Assembly: GCA_937625935.1 (NCBI GenBank)
Contig: OW569357.1
Location: 248,001-312,000, forward strand
Direction: 5' to 3'
Source of the DNA: Tetramitus jugosus
Taxonomy: Eukaryota > Protista > Heterolobosea
DNA: 64,000 bases
The notes beneath the pieces are model-generated. The model was not told where the DNA came from and made no database searches. It worked only from the letters and a program-made list of their open reading frames with translations. The position numbers were made by a program, and so were the translations under genes. Below, piece by piece: positions 37,619-46,957 of the stretch. How positions within the stretch are numbered: the first letter of the stretch is position 1; every line of letters starts with the position of its first letter.

Positions 37619-37851
37619 GATTGTTGGATTTGTTGTCTGTTGTTTTTAAGCTTTTGTTGTTTTGATCTTGTTTTGTTTGTCTTCGAAGCTTTTTATTTGG
37701 TTCCCTCGATCACACATGCATTTGCTCGTTGAAGCGGTTGAGATTCCCGCCTTTTTGCAAAAACAAATATTTGGTGTTTTTCTGATTCTATTGATCTTCA
37801 TCGTTTTTTGATAATACAACAACATTCAAATTGATCAATATCTGGTTGAAA

Positions 37852-40296
37852 ATGGAAGACGAACATAGCTACAGAAGTGATGAGGAGCAACAAGAAACTC
37901 CACCAAAACCAAAGTTTCTCAAGAGGAATGCTCGTTGGGGAGAGCTCATGCAGAAAGTTTCAAAGCCAGGTGAGATTGTACCAAAAACAATGAAACACAC
38001 GAAACAAGCTGTTTTGGAGAGAGCAGAAGCAGAAAAACAACAAGAAGTTCATGAAGGAAAACTTTCTCCAGTGAAGATCGAGCATGACAGAGCTACGATC
38101 TCTTCCAAATCATCACGAAGCAGAGCAACGGCTCCGATTAGTTCGGAAAGGAAGATCGTTGAATCAAATAGTGTAAAAGTTGATAAGAAAGCTAGGGGGA
38201 GAGCTGAATTGAATGAGAACAATTATGTTCAATACATTGAACAGAGAGAGAAAAATGAGAGAAATGCATTCTTAAAGATGGAGAAACAATTGACTCTGAG
38301 CGGGAGACACAATGGAATGAGTAGAGAAAATAGCGTAAATGAATCAGCCATCCAAAATTCGGAGGGGCAGGATGAATATGACGATGAGAGCGAAGATGAT
38401 GATTTTGTTCGAAAGTACATATCTCCATTGGATAAGCTGCCGGATCCCTTTGAAGAAAGACAAAATGAAAACGAGGGACCCATCGATAGTAGACAGAAGA
38501 ATTCAACATCTATTGTGGGAAGAACATTCCATCCAAAATCTCCCAATGATATCTTGAAGGAGTCAAGCAGTAACACGATTGTTGACCTCGAAGAGGAAGT
38601 GTCCTACCGGAATATGTATGAAAGGAAAAGAGAATACAAGAATAGAGAGAATACTGTAGTAGAGGAGGAAGAGGACGAGGAAGAGGAAGAAGACAGATAC
38701 GATTACAAATCAGACCTAGAGGACACAGTATCACCGCAACAATCTATGACGCCCAATAGAAAATCAGCTCATAGCAATCAATCTATGTTGGTGAAGAGAT
38801 ACTTTCACACGAAGTCGGAAGACAAACAACAGAAGAAGAAGCAAATGATACAACAGAGAAAACAGGAGAAAGAAGAAGAATTGAAGAAGGAAAGAGATAT
38901 ACAAGAGTTGGAGGAGCAACTTCACTACTACCGAACAGAAAACAAGAAGATCAAAGAAATGAAAGAGGAACTTCAAACAGAGAGACAGAAACTCATCTTG
39001 GAACGAACAGAATTCGTCCAGATGAAGGAGAGAGAAAAAGAAAAGATCGATAGCTACAGGGAGAACGAAATGCGAAAAATACAGCAGGAGAAGAGAGTAG
39101 TAGAGAGACAAATTAAAGCGAATCAACAACACGTAAGTCGGAGAGAGCAAGAGAAAGAGATAGAAAAACTCAAACAAAAGATTATTGAGATGTCCCAAGA
39201 GTTTAAATTGAAGGAGAAGAATTCAAAGGCATCATTAGACATATTGAGGAGAAAATGCGAGCAATACAAAACAGATAATGATGAGCTGAGAGAAGAGCTC
39301 AAGAGGAGAGAGTTAGAAAGAATAGAGATTCAATTTAACGAAAGAGATCAATCGCCCCAGTCAAAGAAAAGCAAAACAAGTCCTTCCATAAGAGTTAGGC
39401 ATGAACCTGAAAAACTACCGAGAGAATCTTACCAAAACAGATCCCATTCGAAAACAGAACCGGTTGTTTATGACAGTGACGATAGGGGTGATGATGAAAG
39501 GTACTCTGAGATCGCTGATCGTGTCCCAGTCACAAAATCCCGTTCTTCTTTCAATAGATATAGTCAGAAAGAACATGAAGAGGAAGAAAATGAGCATGAA
39601 AGCGATTCAAGTTCAATATGGAATGCGGACAGTGAAGACGAGGTTGAGATTCCCAAAGCACATTCTGGGGTGAGTAGACACTCAGAAACAGAACTAACTC
39701 GATATGTTAAAAAGCTACGGATTAGATATCTCGATGGCCTAGACCAATTGGATGATAGAATAGGAGATGATGACGAAGCAACTGATCGTTTAATCAGTTC
39801 AAACAAAATCCAGGGAGGAAAAACTGAACGAAAGTTTTTGAGTGGAAAGGTAGAGATCATACATTCCAATGGAACAGTGAAGAAGGTCATGGGAGATCGA
39901 ACTGTAATTATTCTATTTAACAATGGAGATAAGAAGAAGACTCTCCCAAATGATACAACCATTTACTATTATGCCACTGCTAACACAACCCAGATTTCCC
40001 TACCTAATGGAGTTGAAATTTTCAAGTTTGCGAATTTGCAAGTGGAGAGGCACTACCCCGAAGGGATTAAGGAAATTTCGTTCCCAGATAGCACTGTAAA
40101 ATACATAAAACCAAATGGTGAAGAGGAGGTCATCTTTGCCGATGGAACTGTTCAATTAACCACAGTTGAAAGAGACCGTATCATTACATTTCCAGATGGA
40201 CACAAGGAAACTTGGTACAGAGATGGAACCAAACGGATTGAACAACCTTCAAGCAACAACAAGACCATTCACAGCAAAAAACATTACTACTCATGA
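37852..40296 (+). CDS. CENPJ: Centriole protein SAS-4/CPAP
   Basis: N-terminal PKPKFLKR motif, long coiled coil, and C-terminal TCP10/G-box repeats (FNNGDKKK, IYYYA, FANLQVERHYPEGIKEISFPDST). Confidence 0.9.
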   Translation: MEDEHSYRSDEEQQETPPKPKFLKRNARWGELMQKVSKPGEIVPKTMKHTKQAVLERAEAEKQQEVHEGKLSPVKIEHDRATISSKSSRSRATAPISSERKIVESNSVKVDKKARGRAELNENNYVQYIEQREKNERNAFLKMEKQLTLSGRHNGMSRENSVNESAIQNSEGQDEYDDESEDDDFVRKYISPLDKLPDPFEERQNENEGPIDSRQKNSTSIVGRTFHPKSPNDILKESSSNTIVDLEEEVSYRNMYERKREYKNRENTVVEEEEDEEEEEDRYDYKSDLEDTVSPQQSMTPNRKSAHSNQSMLVKRYFHTKSEDKQQKKKQMIQQRKQEKEEELKKERDIQELEEQLHYYRTENKKIKEMKEELQTERQKLILERTEFVQMKEREKEKIDSYRENEMRKIQQEKRVVERQIKANQQHVSRREQEKEIEKLKQKIIEMSQEFKLKEKNSKASLDILRRKCEQYKTDNDELREELKRRELERIEIQFNERDQSPQSKKSKTSPSIRVRHEPEKLPRESYQNRSHSKTEPVVYDSDDRGDDERYSEIADRVPVTKSRSSFNRYSQKEHEEEENEHESDSSSIWNADSEDEVEIPKAHSGVSRHSETELTRYVKKLRIRYLDGLDQLDDRIGDDDEATDRLISSNKIQGGKTERKFLSGKVEIIHSNGTVKKVMGDRTVIILFNNGDKKKTLPNDTTIYYYATANTTQISLPNGVEIFKFANLQVERHYPEGIKEISFPDSTVKYIKPNGEEEVIFADGTVQLTTVERDRIITFPDGHKETWYRDGTKRIEQPSSNNKTIHSKKHYYS

Positions 40297-40459
40297 CTGT
40301 AGATTTGGCGCCTTCCGAACTGAGTTGTTTTTGCCGCCAAAAAACTTCGCATAAACAAATGAACCACCATTTTGTTTTGGACGTTGCAAAAGCTCAGTTC
40401 GAACAACCACACAAACAAAGAAAATACAAGGATAACAACCACCGCCACTAACCAAAATT

Positions 40460-41110
40460 ATGTCCCAAATTACTACATTTGCACAATCAGAGAAACTATT
40501 CATTGGCATCAGTGGTCTCATCGGTGCAGGCAAGACGACTTTGGCAGAGGCACTCTCCGCTAAAATGAACCTCCCACTCTATTGTGAACCAGTGATTGAC
40601 AATGTTTACTTGGCAGATTTTTACAAGGACCCCAAACGATATGCATTCAACCTTCAAGTTTATTTGCTGAATGAACGATTCAGGCAGCATCAACAAATCA
40701 TATGGAACGGCAAGGGTGGAGTCCAAGATCGAACCATTTATGAAGACGGTGTGTTTGCTAAAGTCTTGTACAACCAGGGAATGATTGACAAGAGAGATTA
40801 TGACACTTATTTGTCTCTGTTTGCCAACATGTCAAACTTTATGAAGAAGAACAATTTGATTGTTCATTTGGATGTGACGGCAGAGGAGTCACTAGAGCGG
40901 ATTAAGCTCAGATCAAGAGACTGTGAATCGACCATTTCTCTGGACTATTTGAAGGAGTTGCATGCAGCTTATGAAGAGTTTTTGCTCGATATTGCACGTG
41001 TCATACCTGTTCTCAGAGTCAAGTACTCTGAGTTTAAGACTGCTGAGGAAATGGCCAACATTATCAACGAAGAGTTCCACAAGATGCTCAACATTAAAAC
41101 CATTCACTAA
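40460..41110 (+). CDS. Deoxynucleoside kinase (dNK; dAK/dGK family)
   Basis: P-loop GLIGAGKTT, LQVYLLNERFRQ, QDRTIYED, ERIKLRSRDCE, YLKELHAAYE. Confidence 0.93.
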   Translation: MSQITTFAQSEKLFIGISGLIGAGKTTLAEALSAKMNLPLYCEPVIDNVYLADFYKDPKRYAFNLQVYLLNERFRQHQQIIWNGKGGVQDRTIYEDGVFAKVLYNQGMIDKRDYDTYLSLFANMSNFMKKNNLIVHLDVTAEESLERIKLRSRDCESTISLDYLKELHAAYEEFLLDIARVIPVLRVKYSEFKTAEEMANIINEEFHKMLNIKTIH

Positions 41111-41253
41111 CCTAGCTTTACGCACATGCACATTTTTCTCACAGAAATTCTCCGCAAGTTATTTGGCCGATTGTTGAAAATTCGGAACAAACAAAAAAAC
41201 AAAAGGAGAACACAAACGCTTACACAGTTACTACCACAAGGTGAAATCGGACC

Positions 41254-42570
41254 ATGTTGTTAAGCAAGAGACAAATTCACTCGATTCGAATGAATTTTCG
41301 ACAACACAAGAAAATCATCTACAGAGCACTCATCATACTCGCGATTCTGCTCATTCTGTTGCCAGTTTTTCTCTTTTTTCGAAATTTCTTGTTTCGGCCA
41401 TTGGACAAATCTGATTTGATGCAAACACCTGGGTCCATGTGTCAGAATGTGCTGAATGACGAGACGAGGTCCATTATTCCCATTGTTCAAGTGTTTGACA
41501 GCATGCCATTCATGTTCTTTCGAAATGCTGGAAAAGCCTGTCCTCACTATGTCTATCCAAGTTTGTTGCAATCGGCAAAGAATAATCCATGTGTGATTTT
41601 TGTGGGAAATGAAGCGTGCAGAAGCACAGTGGAAAGCATAAGCAACGATAGAGCGTTGCTCAAGGAGGGACACGAGGTTGTGTTTCAGAGTATTCGTAAT
41701 GTGTTGTATGCAAATGCGATTGATGAGCTGTATCGCAAGTTTCCTCATCATTGGTTCCCCTACTTTAAGAGATATTATGAATTTTTGTGCTTTGTGAGAT
41801 TTTATGTGTTGAGAGCAATGATGAACAAGTTTCAATTGAAGCACGTGTTTTATCAGGACAGTGATACGTTGTTGTTTGCCAATGTGACCAGAATGGTTCA
41901 ATTGATTGAACAACAACCACATTCGACTATTGCTCCTGTAGCTGCTCCTATTGCTGCAACTGGTGATCAAAAGGAAGGTGAACAACCAGCGAAACGAACA
42001 TTTGTGAGCCCATTAGATGTCGGATTGACAACTGATCAATCAGCATTTACTTCTGGGCACTTTAGTCTCTTTTCTCAGGCTGGAATCACAGATGCGATCA
42101 ACTTTTTAGAAGAGTTCTTTTCCAAGCACTCAATAACCACTATGCAGCACTTTAGCGATATGACAGCATTGAATTTGTTCATATTTTCTAGCATTCCAAA
42201 GGAATCACGGTGGTGCAAGCACTATATGGAATATGAGTATAGGTGCGGAGAACACGAACGATTGGTGCAACCTCCACTGACTTATCAACGCACGACCAAG
42301 GTTCTCAGCTTGAGCCATCCACCAATTGTTTTGTCAGAGCAGGAATCTGGATTTTTTGATTTGAATTATGTTGCTGGTGACGTCCATTGGAACAATGGTG
42401 TCCCATACAAGAAAGGAACTAAATTGCAGTACTTTGCGATCCATTTCCAAGGAAATAAGAAATGGTATATCAAACGATACACTGATCTTCCTGCATGTTC
42501 AAAAGGCAAACAATGCACTTGTGAAGGAGTGAAATGTTCACATTGCCAAAGCTGTAGCAACTGGAACTGA
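41254..42570 (+). CDS. Type II membrane protein, probable GT-A fold glycosyltransferase
   Basis: N-terminal TM anchor, EFLCFVRFYVL, DxD motif YQDSDTLL, SDMTAL, IHFQGNKK. Confidence 0.7.
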   Translation: MLLSKRQIHSIRMNFRQHKKIIYRALIILAILLILLPVFLFFRNFLFRPLDKSDLMQTPGSMCQNVLNDETRSIIPIVQVFDSMPFMFFRNAGKACPHYVYPSLLQSAKNNPCVIFVGNEACRSTVESISNDRALLKEGHEVVFQSIRNVLYANAIDELYRKFPHHWFPYFKRYYEFLCFVRFYVLRAMMNKFQLKHVFYQDSDTLLFANVTRMVQLIEQQPHSTIAPVAAPIAATGDQKEGEQPAKRTFVSPLDVGLTTDQSAFTSGHFSLFSQAGITDAINFLEEFFSKHSITTMQHFSDMTALNLFIFSSIPKESRWCKHYMEYEYRCGEHERLVQPPLTYQRTTKVLSLSHPPIVLSEQESGFFDLNYVAGDVHWNNGVPYKKGTKLQYFAIHFQGNKKWYIKRYTDLPACSKGKQCTCEGVKCSHCQSCSNWN

Positions 42571-42638
42571 AAAGGAAAATTTTCATCAATCACTTCAATC
42601 ATAAACCTATATTTATACCACCACACAGAGCTCAAAAA

Positions 42639-43067
42639 ATGAAAACAACAACGAAAAAGCTTCATCACAGCTTACGAAACATTGTCTATCGACAGAATGG
42701 TATTTTCAATGTAGAAAAACTAAAACAAGAGTTGCAAAAAGATGATCCATTCAATGATGAAGGTGAACTTGCCAAGACGTTAGAACCTTCGATAACGACT
42801 CTGATCTGGGCCACTTTTTTCATTTTGAGTTCTTCTGTGCTGTTTCTGTGGTTTATTCTATCGTTTGTGTCGAAGATATCCATTGGTGTGAGTGGAAGCA
42901 GCACGCATGATGCTTTGTTCACTTGGATATGGGATCCAATATCAAATGTTTTGCGGTTGATTGCCTCTGATTGGTACTATTTTATAGCTCTGCCCATTTC
43001 TCTGCCCATATTCATGTGGCTCGTGTACTTTAATTGGTTGTATATGAATTTTTTTAAACACAATTAA
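42639..43067 (+). CDS. PIGY: PIG-Y-like GPI-GlcNAc transferase subunit
   Basis: Two TM segments and C-terminal DWYYFIALPISLP..YFNWLYMNFFKHN. Confidence 0.78.
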   Translation: MKTTTKKLHHSLRNIVYRQNGIFNVEKLKQELQKDDPFNDEGELAKTLEPSITTLIWATFFILSSSVLFLWFILSFVSKISIGVSGSSTHDALFTWIWDPISNVLRLIASDWYYFIALPISLPIFMWLVYFNWLYMNFFKHN

Positions 43068-43068
43068 A

Positions 43069-44562
43069 TTATTTGGTTTCCGTTGTTGTTGATTCGATTG
43101 TATACGCTTGCTTCGGATCAATCATGTCATCTCCTGTTGGGTGCAAAATGTCATGATCTTCCAAGATTTCAATCGTTGGGATAAGTGGTTGTGGTGCGAT
43201 GGATCCTAAACTACTGTTAGGAGCATCTTCGGTGCTCGTATTTGTGGTAGTTGTCGTTTGCGTGGTGGTCGCTGTTTCATTGGTGGTAGTTGTGGTTGTA
43301 TCGTTTGTGGCGTCAGTCTTGATAATCGTCGTTGTTTTGCTTGTTGTTTCTGTAATTGTTAACTTGTGGACATGTTGCTGTGGTTGTGGTTCTCCAAGAG
43401 ACAGTTCTCCCAAGGCAATTTCTGGCTCGATTGCTGCACTCGTTCCAGGTAGCTCCATGGTTTGATCTTCTTCGAGCAAAATCCTCTGAGTTGTTACTTG
43501 TTGTTCTACACTCACAGTTGCTTGTTGGTTTGGCTCTTGTCGTTGTTGTTGTTGCATCAGAGAATGAGAATAGAACTCGTTCAATTGCAAACAGAAAGTG
43601 GAGTTTGGATTGACAAACGAACGTCTCAATTTCACGTGCTCAAACGCCGTGTCAAACGAACAATTCCACTCTGTCATTAAATAGCTCACCAGTGCTGTCG
43701 TGCTTCGACTCACACCCATGTTACAATGAACAAGCACGGATCCTTTGCCTTCTTGCTTTGCTTTCTGAATAAAAGCAATTGCACGCTCAAACGTCGGCCG
43801 AATATTGTCGTTCAACGTGTCGCCCACACCCAATTTCTCATAAAAGAACTCTGGATCCATCTCAAAGCTATTCTCTAGCTCTTCGGCCATGTTCAAAACG
43901 TAGCGAATATTGAGATCATCAAGAATTTTACGTGTGCTTGCATGACCTCTATCACCCAAGTACAGAAAGTTGTCCACTACTTCTGTCGGGTACGATTGAT
44001 TGAAAGCAACTCCTGTTTCTCTCGTTGAACATAAGAATGGATATTTTTGTTCGAAACGATCATAGTGTCGCATGATATACACTCGCTCAACCTTGTTCTC
44101 TATTCTGAGTATTTCTGCGAGCAAATCCAAGCAAACGTGATCATTTGTTAGCTCAGCAGGAGTAGTTGTCGTTGGTTGCTCATGTGTTTCTTCTCCGTAG
44201 AGTACAACTGATTTGAACAGAAGGCCACGCAATCTAAACTGTGCATTTCTGGCAAATTCTGGACAATTTTCACTCAAGAAGGAAGCAACTGCATCGTGGT
44301 GAGCGTTTTTTTCTTGATTGACCAGCGCGGTATTGTAATCTCTTACAAAATCGAGCATGTGCTTTTGGATGGCGCTTGTCAGATGAAGATTGATGGCAGC
44401 TTTGGCGTGCGAATGATCATACTCGGGTCGTTCGCGCACATCGATCAAGAGCTTCGATATGGCCACATCTTGCATCAGATTGTAAAACATGGTTTCATCA
44501 ATCTCTTGGACCACAGTGCGATCCAATTTTGGTTTCTCTTTGAATGTGTATTGAATAGACAT
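43069..44562 (-). CDS. Dual-specificity (MAPK) phosphatase with N-terminal rhodanese domain
   Basis: LLIDVRERPEYDHSHAKAAINL, YPTEVVDNFLYLG, catalytic VLVHCNMGVSRS, FVNPN. Confidence 0.93.
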   Translation of the reverse strand: MSIQYTFKEKPKLDRTVVQEIDETMFYNLMQDVAISKLLIDVRERPEYDHSHAKAAINLHLTSAIQKHMLDFVRDYNTALVNQEKNAHHDAVASFLSENCPEFARNAQFRLRGLLFKSVVLYGEETHEQPTTTTPAELTNDHVCLDLLAEILRIENKVERVYIMRHYDRFEQKYPFLCSTRETGVAFNQSYPTEVVDNFLYLGDRGHASTRKILDDLNIRYVLNMAEELENSFEMDPEFFYEKLGVGDTLNDNIRPTFERAIAFIQKAKQEGKGSVLVHCNMGVSRSTTALVSYLMTEWNCSFDTAFEHVKLRRSFVNPNSTFCLQLNEFYSHSLMQQQQRQEPNQQATVSVEQQVTTQRILLEEDQTMELPGTSAAIEPEIALGELSLGEPQPQQHVHKLTITETTSKTTTIIKTDATNDTTTTTTNETATTTQTTTTTNTSTEDAPNSSLGSIAPQPLIPTIEILEDHDILHPTGDDMIDPKQAYTIESTTTETK

Positions 44563-44697
44563 AATATTTCGTTTTTGTTGAGTTGTTCCTCCGTTGTGAC
44601 ATTTTTGCTTTTGGTTGAACCAGATCTGCACCCATTATTTTTAGAATCTGAACACCAAGCTGTCAACTTCAATAAAATCACTGAACTCCGCTAGAAA

Positions 44698-46797
44698 ATG
44701 GTGATGTTCAGTCAATTGAACTCAATAATTTTTGAGGACATAGCTCTTTCATCATCACCCAAAGAAACCACAACTCAAGGATCAAAGATGAGGAGAAGTA
44801 TCAAGAACAAGAACAAGGTCGATCCATCCACCTGTACCACAGCCCACAAGCGACTCATGAAGGACTATGCCGAGGTGATGGCAGAACCCTTGCCGCTGAT
44901 CTGTGCCAGGCCTGATCCATCAGATCTCTTCCAATGGTACGCCAATATACTGGCACCTGAGGACAGTGCCTACCACGGAATCGTTCTCCATTTATCCATT
45001 ACGTTCACCGAGGATTACCCTCATGTGCCACCAGAGGTCTACCTGTACAGTTCATTGGTTCACTCTCATGTGTACAATGGTCAGATTTGTTTGGATCTAC
45101 TTGGAACACATAGTTCCTGGGAGCGTCATCACGGATGGTCAAGTGCCTACTCGGTGCAGAGCATTCTTTCGCAGCTCCAGTGCTTCTTGTTGGAGGAAGA
45201 TGACGGAATACTGAACAAGTCACAGAGGTTGATTAACAGGGACATTTACAATTCATTGTGTGTGAGAAACATAATTGATGAACGTGAGTCCATCAAGCAC
45301 AGTATTGCTTCTGGAGAAGCCTGGCCGTGGAGAGATGATTGGCCCGCTGTTGCCACCATGGCCCAGTTCTATCATACCTATAGACATGGCAGTGATGAAA
45401 GACTAAAGGTAAACTTGTACAGTGGTTGCTCATTAGGAAAGATGCCAGAAGAGGTGATACTCTCTAGTTCTGAGATGCCTTGCCCACAAGAAGGAGCAGC
45501 AAGAATGAATCAATTGGCTTCTGATATGTTGTTACACATCTTTCAATACTTGCCTGAAAAGGACATCCGCACTGCACGAAATGTGAGTATCGCATGGAAA
45601 GAGATTTCTAAGAGTCCAGTTTTAACCACTGCAAGGGATATTCTGTGTTTCTTTTCCAGGAATACCTGGGAGGACGATACGATCGGTATTGGATTCAACA
45701 TAGAGTTCAATCGACAAAACAAGTTGAACAAAGTCGAACCGTTCATGGATATGCTCGGCCATTCAAGTTACTCGTTCGACGAGGTTCGTTCCACTTCATG
45801 GAATCAAGAATTTGTACACTGGATACCTCTGTATGTGAATCAACGTCATTCTCTTAGAGCCATTCCACTCTTTGAAGAGAGTGTAATGAAGGTGTTCTAC
45901 AATATGCCAAATCCATCGCTCTCTCTGAATCCTTCTGTGGAGCAAAAACAGACGAATGAGCGTCGTTTCAACCCAGCATATGGAGTTGAGTTGTGTTGTG
46001 TTGCCATGAACAACATGATTGTTGATATAATGAAAGGTACGATTCATGCGTCTATTCAAGCATTGCAAGGTTACTGCTTCTTTCATAGATGGTTATTGTA
46101 TCTCGTTCAAACCTATCCAAGTGTTCTAAAGGATATCACCAGTACGGTGGAACAGTTTTTGTTGAGCGAGAATAATAGAACAAAGAAAAACTGTCCTGAT
46201 ATTGGAGTGTTGATTGCGATGCTAACTGTAAGTGATTACAACTGGAATCATGTCAAGAAAGCCGTGGTTGAAGAAACATTGAACAGACAGGCAATGTGGG
46301 TCCAAAAGGCTGTACCCACCCTCGGTACAGTTTCAGACAACAGATTTGACGAAAATGAGCGAAATAGACTCAGACGATCATTTGAGCACAGCCAAGTAGG
46401 ACTGAAGATGTTGATGTTCAATGTTTATTTCTTAACAATGGTTGTCAACGATCCAAATCTAGAAGTGACAGACGCCCCATCACCAAAAGAGTTACAACAT
46501 ATGAGCGAAGTATACAACAAGTATTTTGGAATGGCAACAGAAATGCAGAAGACAAATCTCCAAGAAGTTATATTTGATATTAGACAGATTTCAAGTTACT
46601 CCGAGTTCTTCACCTTTGTGCAACTGCAAGAATTCAATTCTACTGAAAAAGTGCACGAGTTGCTCTGTAAAGCCATGAGATACTCTGAAAGAGTTGGCTA
46701 TCACACAAAGCAACAACGTCGAAACAAGCGATCTGACTATCACTCAAATGATCGAGGCACAGAACAGAATAATCGTCGTAATCGCCAACGAAGATAA
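44698..46797 (+). CDS. Ubiquitin-conjugating (E2) domain fused to an F-box and an uncharacterised C-terminal domain
   Basis: AHKRLMKDY, FTEDYPHVPPEV, HSHVYNGQICLDLL, WSSAYSVQSILSQLQ. F-box NQLASDMLLHIFQYLPEKDIRTARNVSIAWKEI. The start may be the later M at MRRSIK. Confidence 0.85.
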   Translation: MVMFSQLNSIIFEDIALSSSPKETTTQGSKMRRSIKNKNKVDPSTCTTAHKRLMKDYAEVMAEPLPLICARPDPSDLFQWYANILAPEDSAYHGIVLHLSITFTEDYPHVPPEVYLYSSLVHSHVYNGQICLDLLGTHSSWERHHGWSSAYSVQSILSQLQCFLLEEDDGILNKSQRLINRDIYNSLCVRNIIDERESIKHSIASGEAWPWRDDWPAVATMAQFYHTYRHGSDERLKVNLYSGCSLGKMPEEVILSSSEMPCPQEGAARMNQLASDMLLHIFQYLPEKDIRTARNVSIAWKEISKSPVLTTARDILCFFSRNTWEDDTIGIGFNIEFNRQNKLNKVEPFMDMLGHSSYSFDEVRSTSWNQEFVHWIPLYVNQRHSLRAIPLFEESVMKVFYNMPNPSLSLNPSVEQKQTNERRFNPAYGVELCCVAMNNMIVDIMKGTIHASIQALQGYCFFHRWLLYLVQTYPSVLKDITSTVEQFLLSENNRTKKNCPDIGVLIAMLTVSDYNWNHVKKAVVEETLNRQAMWVQKAVPTLGTVSDNRFDENERNRLRRSFEHSQVGLKMLMFNVYFLTMVVNDPNLEVTDAPSPKELQHMSEVYNKYFGMATEMQKTNLQEVIFDIRQISSYSEFFTFVQLQEFNSTEKVHELLCKAMRYSERVGYHTKQQRRNKRSDYHSNDRGTEQNNRRNRQRR

Positions 46798-46873
46798 ATA
46801 AATAGATCACCACACTTTATTCTCACTTACTTTCTCATTCCTTCTCCGAAGACACTTGAAAAGAAACATCCAC

Positions 46874-46942
46874 AACTTACACTCATTGCCCCCATGCAAT
46901 GCAAGTACACTCCAGGAATGTCAGGGGCAATGAGTGTAAGTT
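46874..46942. repeat. Perfect 19-bp inverted repeat with 31-nt spacer (hairpin)
   Basis: AACTTACACTCATTGCCCC at 46874-46892 and GGGGCAATGAGTGTAAGTT at 46924-46942. Confidence 0.95.
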
Positions 46943-46957
46943 TGAATCATACTTGGC

